A stretch of 61,170 nt of DNA from an uncultured Erysipelotrichaceae bacterium. Lineage in GTDB: Bacteria > Bacillota_I > Bacilli_A > RF39 > UBA660. The notes below the pieces were generated by a model. The model was not told the DNA's origin. It did no database searches and saw only the letters and a list, made by a program, of their open reading frames with translations. Below are positions 47,767 to 57,262 of this stretch, one piece after another (positions within the stretch are counted from its first letter, which is position 1; each line of letters begins with the position of its first letter). The translations under genes were made by a program, and so were the position numbers. The stretch covers positions 1 through 61,170 of the forward strand of contig CADCIZ010000003.1 of NCBI GenBank assembly GCA_902801685.1, in the 5' to 3' direction.

Positions 47767-48456
47767 TTATGCCTTATAATAATTAATTAATACCTCACTT
47801 ATATTTTTAGCAATCTTTTCATGGTACCATTTTTGCCTTAATAAATATCTATCGTTAGAATTAGATAGAAATCCTATTTCAATTAATACTCCTGGTATAG
47901 TTATTTTTCTATTTAAAAGCATAGTTTTTATTTCTTTAACTTCTCTTTTCGTATTAAGATTTTTCTTAAAATGTTCTTGAAATAAATTTGCTATCTCAAT
48001 ATTTTTATCATTTACATCATCATAGAATACTTGAGCTCCATGCCATGTAGTAGATGTTACTGAGTTTAAGTGTATTGATATATACATATCAGCATTTGAT
48101 TCATTAATTATTTTAGCTCTATTATTTAAATCACTTCTTTTTCTTGCTCCCGTTCGCATGTAACTTAAATCATAGTCACCATATCTTGTCATATAAACAA
48201 CTGCCCCTAGACTTTCTAATTTTTCTTTTATTGCAAAACATATATCTAGATTTATGTTTTTTTCATATATATCTTTATAAATAGAACCTGGATCCAAACC
48301 ACCGTGCCCAGGATCAATATAAAAAGTATGCCCAAATAAAGGAAGAGAAGTTGCTTTTATTTTATATAATCCCCCTAATAATACTAAAAAAATAAACATA
48401 ATAAAAACATATAGTTTGTTAGGCTTGTTTTTATATATAATCATACAATCACCCAT
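47767..48456 (-). CDS. cwlD: germination-specific N-acetylmuramoyl-L-alanine amidase
   Basis: Amidase_3 motifs IDPGHGG.DPG, SIHLN and E.GF. Synteny with rplM-rpsI as in Bacillus. Confidence 0.85.
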   Translation of the reverse strand: MGDCMIIYKNKPNKLYVFIMFIFLVLLGGLYKIKATSLPLFGHTFYIDPGHGGLDPGSIYKDIYEKNINLDICFAIKEKLESLGAVVYMTRYGDYDLSYMRTGARKRSDLNNRAKIINESNADMYISIHLNSVTSTTWHGAQVFYDDVNDKNIEIANLFQEHFKKNLNTKREVKEIKTMLLNRKITIPGVLIEIGFLSNSNDRYLLRQKWYHEKIAKNISEVLINYYKA

Positions 48457-48471
48457 TTAACTATATGTCTT

Positions 48472-49230
48472 TTATCTTAATCTTTGATAATTTTGTTCAT
48501 TATAGTATTGTTGATTTTGTTCTATTTTAATTTCTTCCAATTCTTTATTAGGGCTAGCAAGTGAATCATCAATCGTACCATCTTGTATCGCTTGATACAT
48601 TTCTCTTTCTTGATTAATATTATCTGATGACTGATCAACCTGATATGAATATTGCTTATTCTGTTCAATTACTTTTTGGGCTTCAAGCCTTTCTGATACT
48701 GTGTGAGCAATAAATGAACCAGCAACAATTGTAAAACCTAATATTGTACATAGAACTATTTTACCCTTTTTAGTTTTTAATGCCTTTCTTATACTTGGTT
48801 TATACATTGTTCCTTTTATAGTTTTTAAATTTGGTTTATATGTTTGATTCAATGTATCATTAGTCTGAAAATTGCTTATATTCATAATATTATTATTAGT
48901 TACCTTTGCATTTGTTGATATATTCTTTAAAATATTAATTACCATGTCATACATTTTCTTATTTCTTCTTTGATAATCAATATCTTTTGAAAGAGAAATT
49001 TTTATTACAGAATTCATTTGTTCAGACGATAGTCTATATACTGTATTATTAGGATTATTAATAATTTCAAAAACTTTAAATTTAGAATTATTTAAAGTTG
49101 CAACCAAACGATACATATCAACTATTTTACCGTTATAGTTTTTAAATAAAGGAAATAGAGCTGTATTACTAAGTTGATTAATATTTATAGCATTACATCT
49201 TCCTTCAAATTTTATTTCATATTCTTTCAT
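48472..49230 (-). CDS. hypothetical membrane-anchored protein
   Basis: 252-aa ORF with one TM helix (IVLCTILGFTIVAGSFIAH). Confidence 0.6.
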   Translation of the reverse strand: MKEYEIKFEGRCNAININQLSNTALFPLFKNYNGKIVDMYRLVATLNNSKFKVFEIINNPNNTVYRLSSEQMNSVIKISLSKDIDYQRRNKKMYDMVINILKNISTNAKVTNNNIMNISNFQTNDTLNQTYKPNLKTIKGTMYKPSIRKALKTKKGKIVLCTILGFTIVAGSFIAHTVSERLEAQKVIEQNKQYSYQVDQSSDNINQEREMYQAIQDGTIDDSLASPNKELEEIKIEQNQQYYNEQNYQRLR

Positions 49231-49308
49231 ATAATCACTACCTTTACTATATCTAATCTACTATGAATTTCTCTAAAAGTCAATATAAAAATGTCAACGT
49301 TGACACTT

Positions 49309-49959
49309 TCATTTAAAAATATTAAAGGGATATCTATCTGGCAAAGATATTGAATATATTAATTTTTCTTTAGTTATAGGATGATTAAAAGATAAACTTT
49401 GAGCAAACAACGCAATTTGAGAATTCTTCTTACAATTCTTATTATATCTATGATCACCATATAATGGATATCCTCTTGATGAAAACTGAACTCTAATTTG
49501 ATGAGAACGTCCTGTTTTTAAGTTAATTCTAACTAATGATAAGTTATCTTTATAACCAACTTTTTCAAAATATAACTCTGCATCTTTACCATTACTATCT
49601 ACCTTTACAGTGTTTGTACATCTATCTTTTAACAATTTATCCTTTAATAATCCGTTTTCAAATATATTACCTTCGACCACAGCATAATATACTTTTTTAA
49701 ATCCTCCATTTCTTATTTGCTCACTTAACCTTGATGCACATTTACTAGTTTTAGCAAACACCATCACTCCACCTACAGGTCTATCTAATCTATGTACTAA
49801 TCCTAAATACGCATCTCCTGGTTTGTTATACATCTTTTTTAAATAATTTTTTAATAAAGTTAATAAATCAGTATCCTTACTTGAATCTGATTGAACTGGA
49901 ATATTTATCGGTTTTTCTACTACTAATAAATGATTATCTTCATATATTATTTTAATCAT
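49309..49959 (-). CDS. RluA-family pseudouridine synthase (no S4 domain)
   Basis: LLVV.KP, HRLDR.VGGVMVFAK (catalytic Asp), and GR.HQIRVQ. Confidence 0.85.
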   Translation of the reverse strand: MIKIIYEDNHLLVVEKPINIPVQSDSSKDTDLLTLLKNYLKKMYNKPGDAYLGLVHRLDRPVGGVMVFAKTSKCASRLSEQIRNGGFKKVYYAVVEGNIFENGLLKDKLLKDRCTNTVKVDSNGKDAELYFEKVGYKDNLSLVRINLKTGRSHQIRVQFSSRGYPLYGDHRYNKNCKKNSQIALFAQSLSFNHPITKEKLIYSISLPDRYPFNIFK

Positions 49960-50830
49960 TTGATTGATACCTACCATATATACCACATGGTAAAACTAAA
50001 TTATTAGTAGTTATAGGAAGCCCTATATCACCAGAATCAACAGTACCATTTGGATACTTCTTTAAAACAGTTGTCTTAAGTATATTTTCTAATACAACAC
50101 CTGATACACCTGTTGTATATGAATTTATTAAGAAAAACAATGGATTATCAGATAATATATCCATACATGCTTCAATTAACTTATATATATTATCTTCAAA
50201 CTTCCAAACCTCTTTATTAGGTCCCCTTCCATAACTAGGTGGATCCATTACTATCGCATCATATTTATTACCACGACGTGCTTCTCTTTTTACAAATTTC
50301 AAACAATCATCTACTATAAATCTAATTGAATTATTCTCTAGATGAGATAGTTTCATATTTTCTTTAGCCCATTCAGTCATACCTTTTGAAGCATCTACTT
50401 GTACAACATCAGCTCCTGCTTTTGAACAAGCCATAGTTGCCCCACCAGTATAGGAAAACAAATTAAGAACCTTTATTTTTCTATTACTATTTTTTATTTT
50501 ATCCATCATAAAATCCCAATTAACGGCCTGTTCTGGAAATAACCCAGTATGTTTAAAACCAGTTGGACTTACTTTAAAAGTTAATCCTTTATAATCAACA
50601 GTCCAAAAATTATCTAATTTAGAAAAAAATTCCCAATTGCCACCACCTGATTTACTACGGTGATAAAATCCATCAATCTTATTCCATTTAGAATCTACAT
50701 CGGTATACCACATTGCTTGTGGATCAGGACGTCTAAGTATAACATTACCCCAACGTTCTATTTTTTCTCCATTACCTGCATCAATGCATTCATAATCCTT
50801 CCATTCATCACTTATTCTCAAAACAATCAC
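49952..50830 (-). CDS. class I SAM-dependent (rRNA) methyltransferase, RlmI/YbaJ-like
   Basis: VLNLFSYTGG (motif I), VDAS, and DAIVMDPPSYG (motif IV). Confidence 0.8.
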   Translation of the reverse strand: MIVLRISDEWKDYECIDAGNGEKIERWGNVILRRPDPQAMWYTDVDSKWNKIDGFYHRSKSGGGNWEFFSKLDNFWTVDYKGLTFKVSPTGFKHTGLFPEQAVNWDFMMDKIKNSNRKIKVLNLFSYTGGATMACSKAGADVVQVDASKGMTEWAKENMKLSHLENNSIRFIVDDCLKFVKREARRGNKYDAIVMDPPSYGRGPNKEVWKFEDNIYKLIEACMDILSDNPLFFLINSYTTGVSGVVLENILKTTVLKKYPNGTVDSGDIGLPITTNNLVLPCGIYGRYQSND

Positions 50831-51540
50831 TTCCTAATTTCTAATATATTATCACATATAAAATTATCACAATAATTATTATATTTTTTTATTTGACTTT
50901 CTTTTTTTATTGTCCAACCAATAATAGGTTTAGTCTTTCTTACTTTTTTTATTTGTTTATTTGGTAATCCCTTGATATTATAACATATAAAGTCCGGATT
51001 AGTAAATTTATTAAATAGCATGTACTTATATATACCGTTAACTATAGAATTATAGTTATATGTATTCGTAAGTAATTGTCCTCTTATATAATTAGGTCTA
51101 TTCTTTTTAAACCAATATATAATAAAAGGACTAAAACTCTGTATAGCAAAATAACCATTATAACCATCTAATAGTTTAACTACCTCTTTTTCTATTTTAT
51201 TACCTTTAGTGTAAGGTTTAATTTCAATTAATAATGGAACTTTTCCTGAAACTAGTTTTAAAACCTCTTCTAAAGTGACAAGTTCGTGACAAACATTTTT
51301 TAATTCTTCATATCTATGGTTACTTATTATAAAGTTTTTATTTCCACATTTGATAAAATTATCATGACATAGTATTACTACATTATCTTTAGTTAAGGTA
51401 ACATCTAATTCAACAGGATAATTCTTCATAATAGACATATCAATTGCAACTAAACTATTTCCTTTAATATATTTATTATGTATTCCTCTATGAGCGATTA
51501 ACTTATTTAATAATGGTTTTAAATCTTTCATACATTTCAC
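50827..51540 (-). CDS. glycerophosphodiester phosphodiesterase family protein
   Basis: IAHRG, E.DV..T.D....HD, and LIEIK motifs. Confidence 0.8.
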   Translation of the reverse strand: MKCMKDLKPLLNKLIAHRGIHNKYIKGNSLVAIDMSIMKNYPVELDVTLTKDNVVILCHDNFIKCGNKNFIISNHRYEELKNVCHELVTLEEVLKLVSGKVPLLIEIKPYTKGNKIEKEVVKLLDGYNGYFAIQSFSPFIIYWFKKNRPNYIRGQLLTNTYNYNSIVNGIYKYMLFNKFTNPDFICYNIKGLPNKQIKKVRKTKPIIGWTIKKESQIKKYNNYCDNFICDNILEIRK

Positions 51541-51576
51541 TATTATATTTTATGTTTATTAGCAAATAAGATGTGC

Positions 51577-51600
51577 AAAAAAAGTCCGTAAACACGAACT
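51577..51600 (-). terminator. rho-independent terminator after rpsI
   Basis: Minus strand reads AGUUCGU-GUUU-ACGGACU followed by U7. Confidence 0.75.
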
Positions 51601-51625
51601 TTCTAAATACTTTAAATAAGTAAAA

Positions 51626-52036
51626 TTATCTCTTACTAAATTGTGGAGCACGACGTGCAGCTTTTAAACCTGGTTTCTTACGTTCTTTACTTCTTGGGTC
51701 TCTAGTTACAAAACCAGCTCTTTTTAAGATTTTTCTATAACTGTCATCATTATCTTCATTAGCTTCATCATAAGCAAGTAAACAGCGAGTAATACCTAAT
51801 CTAATTGCACCAGTTTGACCACTAGCACCTCCACCGTTTACTTTAACTTCGATATCAAATGTCTTTTCGTTATTTGTTGCAACTAAAGGTTGCATTAAAT
51901 CCATTACATAAGTTTCATGTGGCATGAATTCTCTTACATCTCTACCATTAATTGTAATTTTTCCTTTACCTGCAGTCATTTTAACTTGTGCAACTGCAGA
52001 TTTTCTTCTACCTGTAGCAGTAAATACCTTTGCCAT
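51626..52036 (-). CDS. rpsI: 30S ribosomal protein S9
   Basis: GRRK.A.A.V, GGG..GQ.GA...GI.RAL, and a C-terminal ...R.PQFSKR. Confidence 0.95.
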   Translation of the reverse strand: MAKVFTATGRRKSAVAQVKMTAGKGKITINGRDVREFMPHETYVMDLMQPLVATNNEKTFDIEVKVNGGGASGQTGAIRLGITRCLLAYDEANEDNDDSYRKILKRAGFVTRDPRSKERKKPGLKAARRAPQFSKR

Positions 52037-52045
52037 ATATCCTCC

Positions 52046-52480
52046 TTATTTAACTTCCATTACAGATGGCTTTTGTGCCATATGTGGATGACTTTCCTCT
52101 GCATAAACAAATAATTTTTTTGACATTTGACGACCTAATCTATTATGAGGAAGCATACCTTTAATAGCTCTTTCAACCATTTCTACTGGATATTTTTCTT
52201 TCATTTCACGAGCAGTTCTTTCTCTTAAACCACCAGTATATCCACTATGGTTATAATAAATTTTCTTATTTAACTTATCACCAGTTAAATTAACTTTTGA
52301 AGCATTAATAACAATTACAAAATCTCCACAATCAACATGTGGTGTATAAGTTGGTTTATGTTTTCCACGAAGTACAGTTGCAACTTTAGTAGCTAAACGT
52401 CCTAAAGATATACCTTCTGCATCAATAACATACCAATTACGCACTACATCTTCTTTTCTTTGCATAAATGTATTTTTCAT
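52046..52480 (-). CDS. rplM: 50S ribosomal protein L13
   Basis: R.WY.IDA....LGRLA...A..LRGKHKP.YTPH.D.GD. The ATG at 52480 with AAGGAGAAAGG RBS is preferred over the ORF-track start. Confidence 0.95.
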   Translation of the reverse strand: MKNTFMQRKEDVVRNWYVIDAEGISLGRLATKVATVLRGKHKPTYTPHVDCGDFVIVINASKVNLTGDKLNKKIYYNHSGYTGGLRERTAREMKEKYPVEMVERAIKGMLPHNRLGRQMSKKLFVYAEESHPHMAQKPSVMEVK

Positions 52481-52556
52481 ATTTTTTTCCTTTCTCCTTA
52501 ATTTTAATAAGTCTTCCCACAACTTATTAAATTGGGAATTAAATGTACCAATTAAG

Positions 52557-52585
52557 ATAATACTAAAAATATCTTTAAATGTCAA
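52557..52585 (-). promoter_or_regulatory. promoter of rplM-rpsI
   Basis: Minus strand reads TTGACA-17-TATTAT, about 75 nt upstream of the rplM ATG. Confidence 0.6.
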
Positions 52586-52621
52586 CAATTTCTAGGCACT
52601 TTTTTACAAAAAGAATAACTA

Positions 52622-53074
52622 TTAATTATCATAGTTATCCTTTTCAACTTTTACTACTTTTCTTTTTTCTTCAAGCATATACTCACTTACTCTATTTTGT
52701 ATTTCTGCAAGTGATCTTTTATCAATATTATTAATAATTACTTGTTCTTTAATTGTATCAATAAATACCTTTCCCCAAAGTATTCCAGATTGAACAGATA
52801 AATCATTAAACATTTCTGGAGTAATTGAAATAAAGTAATACCCAAATAACAATCTCTTTTCCGCAACTAATATTCTTTTGTTAGTTAAAGCAACTAAATA
52901 AGTTGAAAACATATCCCAAATGAATGGACTTTTCTGACCAGCAAATACATATAGTATTGCTTCATCTGCTGATAAATGTTTTTTAATTACCTCACTATGT
53001 TTTTTTAATCTCCACGCAATTGTAGTTGGATACTTCTTTTTGAATTCTATTGCTTGTTCACATATATAATTCAT
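52622..53074 (-). CDS. bacterial PH-domain (YokE-like) protein
   Basis: 150 aa with an ...E.IL.V..G........LT.KR.L pattern. Weak assignment. Confidence 0.5.
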   Translation of the reverse strand: MNYICEQAIEFKKKYPTTIAWRLKKHSEVIKKHLSADEAILYVFAGQKSPFIWDMFSTYLVALTNKRILVAEKRLLFGYYFISITPEMFNDLSVQSGILWGKVFIDTIKEQVIINNIDKRSLAEIQNRVSEYMLEEKRKVVKVEKDNYDN

Positions 53075-53083
53075 ATATTCTCC

Positions 53084-53923
53084 TTATTCAGTAATAACAC
53101 CATACTTCTTAAATTCACGAGTGAAATAACTTGGAGGATTCTCTCCTTCAATAGAACCTTCTAGATGATTGTTCTTAGTTATAAGTGTAAGAGGTGTACC
53201 TAAGTTATCTGCATCAGCATATCCAATACTTTTTAAGTTTTCAATTAACTCAGATTGTTCATCTTGACTCATTTCAGTTAAATTTAAATAATTAATAGTT
53301 ATATTATTATTACCAGCAACCCTACTTAAAACAGGTTTTACTGCTATACAATGGCTACATGTAGTTTGACCAATAACGATAACATTTAAAGTATCTTCAC
53401 TTACTAATTCTTTATATCTATTAAAATCAATAAATGTTAAATTTTCTTCAGGCTTATATGTTGCTTCTTTATCTAAGATTTTATTTTTCTTTAAAAATTC
53501 TACTGTGGTCTTACCATCCATATAACCAACATTAACATCAACTACATCATCGTTTTTAACAACAGCAATTGTTGGTGTAGAACCTTCAACATCCAATACT
53601 TTAAGAATTTCTTTTTTATCTTTTTCTGACAATTTAGATGCATCAATATATAAATAATCTATTTTATAATCCTCTTTAATTTGCTTCATAATAGGTGTTT
53701 GAAGTGAACAATAACTACAAGTAGAGCTTCCATAATAAATAACTGTTTCTTCTTTTTTTCCCATGTACTTATAAAAACTATCTAACATCTCTCCTGAATT
53801 CTTATTTTTATTAGTAACCTTTTTATCACCCGTTACAATCATACCAACAATAAGTCCAATTACCGCAATAACAGATACTGCAAGCATTGCAATTGTTTGT
53901 GCATTAAACATTTTTTTATTCAT
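53084..53923 (-). CDS. membrane-anchored protein with two thioredoxin-fold domains
   Basis: N-terminal TM helix and two CxxC motifs (CSYC, CSHC), each in a thioredoxin-like context. Confidence 0.75.
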   Translation of the reverse strand: MNKKMFNAQTIAMLAVSVIAVIGLIVGMIVTGDKKVTNKNKNSGEMLDSFYKYMGKKEETVIYYGSSTCSYCSLQTPIMKQIKEDYKIDYLYIDASKLSEKDKKEILKVLDVEGSTPTIAVVKNDDVVDVNVGYMDGKTTVEFLKKNKILDKEATYKPEENLTFIDFNRYKELVSEDTLNVIVIGQTTCSHCIAVKPVLSRVAGNNNITINYLNLTEMSQDEQSELIENLKSIGYADADNLGTPLTLITKNNHLEGSIEGENPPSYFTREFKKYGVITE

Positions 53924-54042
53924 AATAATCCTTCTTTCTCAACAACTTAATTATAAACTATTTAAGCTATTTTTGCAAACATTTACTATGCTTTTTCAAC
54001 AATTATTCACATAAAATAAAACCGAATACATAAATATCCGAT

Positions 54043-54195
54043 TTATTTTTCTTTCTTTTCTTCTATTTTTGTATCTTTAGTTTTCTCTCCTATAGTATTT
54101 TTCTTTTTATTTTTAACATATAAAATACCGGCAGCAGTTGCACCAGCAGCTAAAGCACTTCCAACACCAATTGCAATTTTTGTACCCTTTTTCAT
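54043..54195 (-). CDS. small membrane peptide (50 aa)
   Basis: MKKGTKIAIGVGSALAAGATAAGILYVKNKKKNTIGEKTKDTKIEEKKEK. RBS GGAGGA, followed by a hairpin and U-tract. Not in the supplied ORF track. Confidence 0.5.
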   Translation of the reverse strand: MKKGTKIAIGVGSALAAGATAAGILYVKNKKKNTIGEKTKDTKIEEKKEK

Positions 54196-54271
54196 ACATC
54201 CTCCTATCTTAAGATACCCTTTGTATCTATCACAATTATAACATCAGTTATATGTCTTATCAATATATATT

Positions 54272-55195
54272 TTAAATTTCACCTTTATATTTATATAATT
54301 TTTTTACAATTTGACAATACTTTACATCTGATAAATCCACATTCTTCTTTTCTGCAATATATTTTGTTAAATACATACTTTGTATAAGCATTTGATAATC
54401 ATCTAATATTTGATCTTCATATTTTGAATCTATAGTAATAATTCTACTATAATATTTTTTTAATTCCTCTAACATCATTCTATCAAATTCAGTATTTCTA
54501 TTATAATAAATCGCTATAGCATTATAATTAATACCAAGCGGGCTTCTTCCATGACAATAAGAATATTTATCATGAACTATAGGTATTCCTATTCCTGATT
54601 CAACCATAGTTGATTCTAAATATTTTGATGCTGTACTTGTATCATAACCACTAAATATTTCATAGACATCACTTCCTAAATCAAAATCAAATGATGTTTC
54701 TTCTATGCAATCCAACATAAGACTATTCTTTCCATTTAAATAATAATCCATTAGTATGCTAGTTGGAATTAATGTTGCACCTAGTGATATAAAACTTCTT
54801 TCTTTATCAATAGTAGTGCTGTATTTTAAGTAAGTTATATCATTATCATCAAATGAATTGTTAGATAATAAGTATTTTCTTAAATTTTTTAAGAAAGATA
54901 ATTCTACTCCATAATTATTTCCACTATAGCTACATGCTACTACATTTCTAAACGCACTATTGTTCCTGTATAAAAAATCTCTTGGTTCACTATTAACTGA
55001 AACTATGCCATTTTTAGCATTAATAACCTTAGCGCCAAATTCACTTACTACACTTGATCCTCCAACTCCACTAAAAAGTGTTGGTTCGCTTAATTTAGAT
55101 AATTCATTTCTTATAAACTCTAAATCAGTATTATCTAATGAATTTACCACCCTTTCTTTTAAAAAATCAAAATTAACTTGCATATTCTTTTCCAT
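54272..55195 (-). CDS. uncharacterised protein with two SIS-like (sugar-isomerase fold) halves
   Basis: FSGVGGSS........G........VACSYSGNN in the N-terminal half, with a second similar half. RBS AAGGAG. Directly downstream of the WYL regulator. Confidence 0.55.
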   Translation of the reverse strand: MEKNMQVNFDFLKERVVNSLDNTDLEFIRNELSKLSEPTLFSGVGGSSVVSEFGAKVINAKNGIVSVNSEPRDFLYRNNSAFRNVVACSYSGNNYGVELSFLKNLRKYLLSNNSFDDNDITYLKYSTTIDKERSFISLGATLIPTSILMDYYLNGKNSLMLDCIEETSFDFDLGSDVYEIFSGYDTSTASKYLESTMVESGIGIPIVHDKYSYCHGRSPLGINYNAIAIYYNRNTEFDRMMLEELKKYYSRIITIDSKYEDQILDDYQMLIQSMYLTKYIAEKKNVDLSDVKYCQIVKKLYKYKGEI

Positions 55196-55246
55196 AAAAA
55201 ATCTCCTTTCAAGTTAAATATAACTCAAAATGAGGAAATATTTCGT

Positions 55247-55849
55247 CTACTCATATTTTTCATCTAATAATTCATATTTTATTATTCTTTTTAACTCAAA
55301 ATGTCTAATATCTTGTTTCTTTTCACAAAAAGCAGCACAGTACCAACCATCTTGAAACAAAAACATTTCTGCCGGATCTATAACTCTTTCATTTTCACCC
55401 TTACCATAAGAATAATATAATATTTTAACTTTTCTTTTTTCTTTTATAGCTCTTGTTAATAAATTATATTTCTTACCTGTTTCATCTTTCAAATTTAATT
55501 CTCTTTCTTCTTGCTTACTTCCTATATATATGCCTTTAATTTTATCTTGAAGTAATATAAGCTTATCTTTTATATCCTTATCTTTTTCACTTGTTATGTA
55601 CTTATCTAATAATTTTGCATCTTTCATTTTAAACTTTCTAACAGGCATACGAACCGATTGATTTAATACATATCCTCCATATGGTCCCATTATTGTATCT
55701 ATATAAATACCTGCTTTTTCTAAATCTTCTTTATACACTCTAATCATTCTATCAGTTACTTCAAGTTCATTTGATAATTCACTTATGCTATATTTTCTTC
55801 CAGACTGTAAAAGTTGTAACATTGTTAATACATTGGATATCTTAGACAT
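55247..55849 (-). CDS. HTH + WYL domain transcriptional regulator
   Basis: N-terminal winged HTH (YSISELSNELEVTDRMIRVYKEDLEKAGI) and a C-terminal WYL-like region (V.ILYYS......RVIDP....F.DGWYC.A.C.......F.L.RI). Confidence 0.75.
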   Translation of the reverse strand: MSKISNVLTMLQLLQSGRKYSISELSNELEVTDRMIRVYKEDLEKAGIYIDTIMGPYGGYVLNQSVRMPVRKFKMKDAKLLDKYITSEKDKDIKDKLILLQDKIKGIYIGSKQEERELNLKDETGKKYNLLTRAIKEKRKVKILYYSYGKGENERVIDPAEMFLFQDGWYCAAFCEKKQDIRHFELKRIIKYELLDEKYE

Positions 55850-55996
55850 AAAACCACCCATATAGATTATATCATATTTTTTATCTTTCAAAAATGACTG
55901 GGAAAAGGTATCTAAAGTGAATTTATTATTATTTTTCGCAATTTTTTAGTAAAGAAAAAGCTCGTGTTTTCCCATATTTTATGTGGGATTGCGAGT

Positions 55997-56173
55997 TTAT
56001 TTACCACAACATTGTTTATATTTTTTACCACTGCCGCAAGGTAAAAAAATAAAACAATCAGGTAATTTTTTCCTTTCAAATTGGTATTTTTTATTTAAAA
56101 CTAATAATTTTTTACTCAATAATTGTAAGTTTTTATTCAACAACGTATCTAATAGCGTATCTAAAAAATTGAT
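55997..56173 (-). pseudogene. start-less SEC-C-motif gene tail (copy 1) plus terminator
   Basis: Open frame ending ..LPCGSGKKYKQCCGK*. No ATG. Followed by hairpin CTCG..CCCA..TGGG..CGAG and a T-tract. Confidence 0.6.
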
Positions 56174-56177
56174 TTAA

Positions 56178-56600
56178 TTATTTTATTAAACTTAGATCTC
56201 CATTTATAATAATCGGATCAAACCCTTCGATTTCATCAAATAACATTCCATTTGGAATATTATTATATAAATATATTTTTTTACCTAATTTAAATGCATC
56301 ATACATTTCTAAGAATGTTGCTCCGCCTATAAAATTTTTAATTATTTCTCCGTCTTTTTCTTTATCTAAATTTAGTACTAAAACTGCATCCATTTCTGAT
56401 ATTGTATCTTCACTTTGTTTGTACATTTTAGCTTTAAATTTTTGATGTTCTTCTTTACCTAAATCCCACATTCTTTGTTCAGTAGCGGGATCATCATAAC
56501 AATTAGGTAAAAACACTTCATTATTTTTCTCTTCTAAAATTTTCTTTACTTCTTCTATTTTTGAATAAAATTTTTTACTGCATATCATTAATATTTTCAT
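56178..56600 (-). CDS. nucleoside 2-deoxyribosyltransferase-like (Rossmann/flavodoxin-like) protein
   Basis: MKILMICS first strand, DAVLVLN, and IGGATFLEM..A..LGKKIY, resembling the D.GT..E.G.A...GK signature. Confidence 0.5.
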   Translation of the reverse strand: MKILMICSKKFYSKIEEVKKILEEKNNEVFLPNCYDDPATEQRMWDLGKEEHQKFKAKMYKQSEDTISEMDAVLVLNLDKEKDGEIIKNFIGGATFLEMYDAFKLGKKIYLYNNIPNGMLFDEIEGFDPIIINGDLSLIK

Positions 56601-56757
56601 ATATTATCACTTCCTTTTTAATTATACCATATGTATTCCTATTTAAAGCTAAAATAAATAAAAAAACGTATCTAAACGCCTTTTTTAGTTCAAAATTACC
56701 TAAAAATCACAATCATCAAAAAGCCCACAATTCCTTTATTTATGCGGGTATGCAGGC

Positions 56758-56814
56758 TTATTTGCCACAACACTGTTTATATTTCTTACCACTGCCACAT
56801 GGCACTTTGAAACC
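56758..56814 (-). pseudogene. start-less SEC-C-motif gene tail (copy 2)
   Basis: GFKVPCGSGKKYKQCCGK* immediately after an in-frame TGA, with a terminator-like hairpin downstream. Confidence 0.6.
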
Positions 56815-56953
56815 TCAATTCCGATAACTTTCGGCAAATTAAATAATATATAAATCGCTTTAAATCGTTGTTAAATCTCGTTAATTCTAATTTTTTGAAT
56901 TATTGATAATTTTGTGTTTTTTAATAAAAATGTAGACAAATGTGTAGATTATT

Positions 56954-57262
56954 TTACTTTTTTATATCCTTACAAGTATCTATCACTATATCTCTTAACA
57001 CATCCTGATTATCAACATCATCTACTAAATACATTGGTTTCGCCCCGTTATATGGAATAGCTTCCTGCATATTATATTTTTTGTTACTATCTACAATCTT
57101 TACAAGTAATCTATCATCGTATATTCCACCAAATAATATATTATTGTAATAAAGCAAATATTCCCCCATCATAGTTTTACAACTTATATTCTCTAACAAA
57201 TTTAATTGTTCTAAAATGAAATCTCTGTAGTCTTTAGTAGTTGCCATTTTATCAACTCCCAT
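56954..57262 (-). CDS. TfoX N-terminal domain protein
   Basis: ..L..........MMGEY.LY......GGIYDDRL.VK pattern. The start may be 57247. Confidence 0.7.
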   Translation of the reverse strand: MGVDKMATTKDYRDFILEQLNLLENISCKTMMGEYLLYYNNILFGGIYDDRLLVKIVDSNKKYNMQEAIPYNGAKPMYLVDDVDNQDVLRDIVIDTCKDIKK

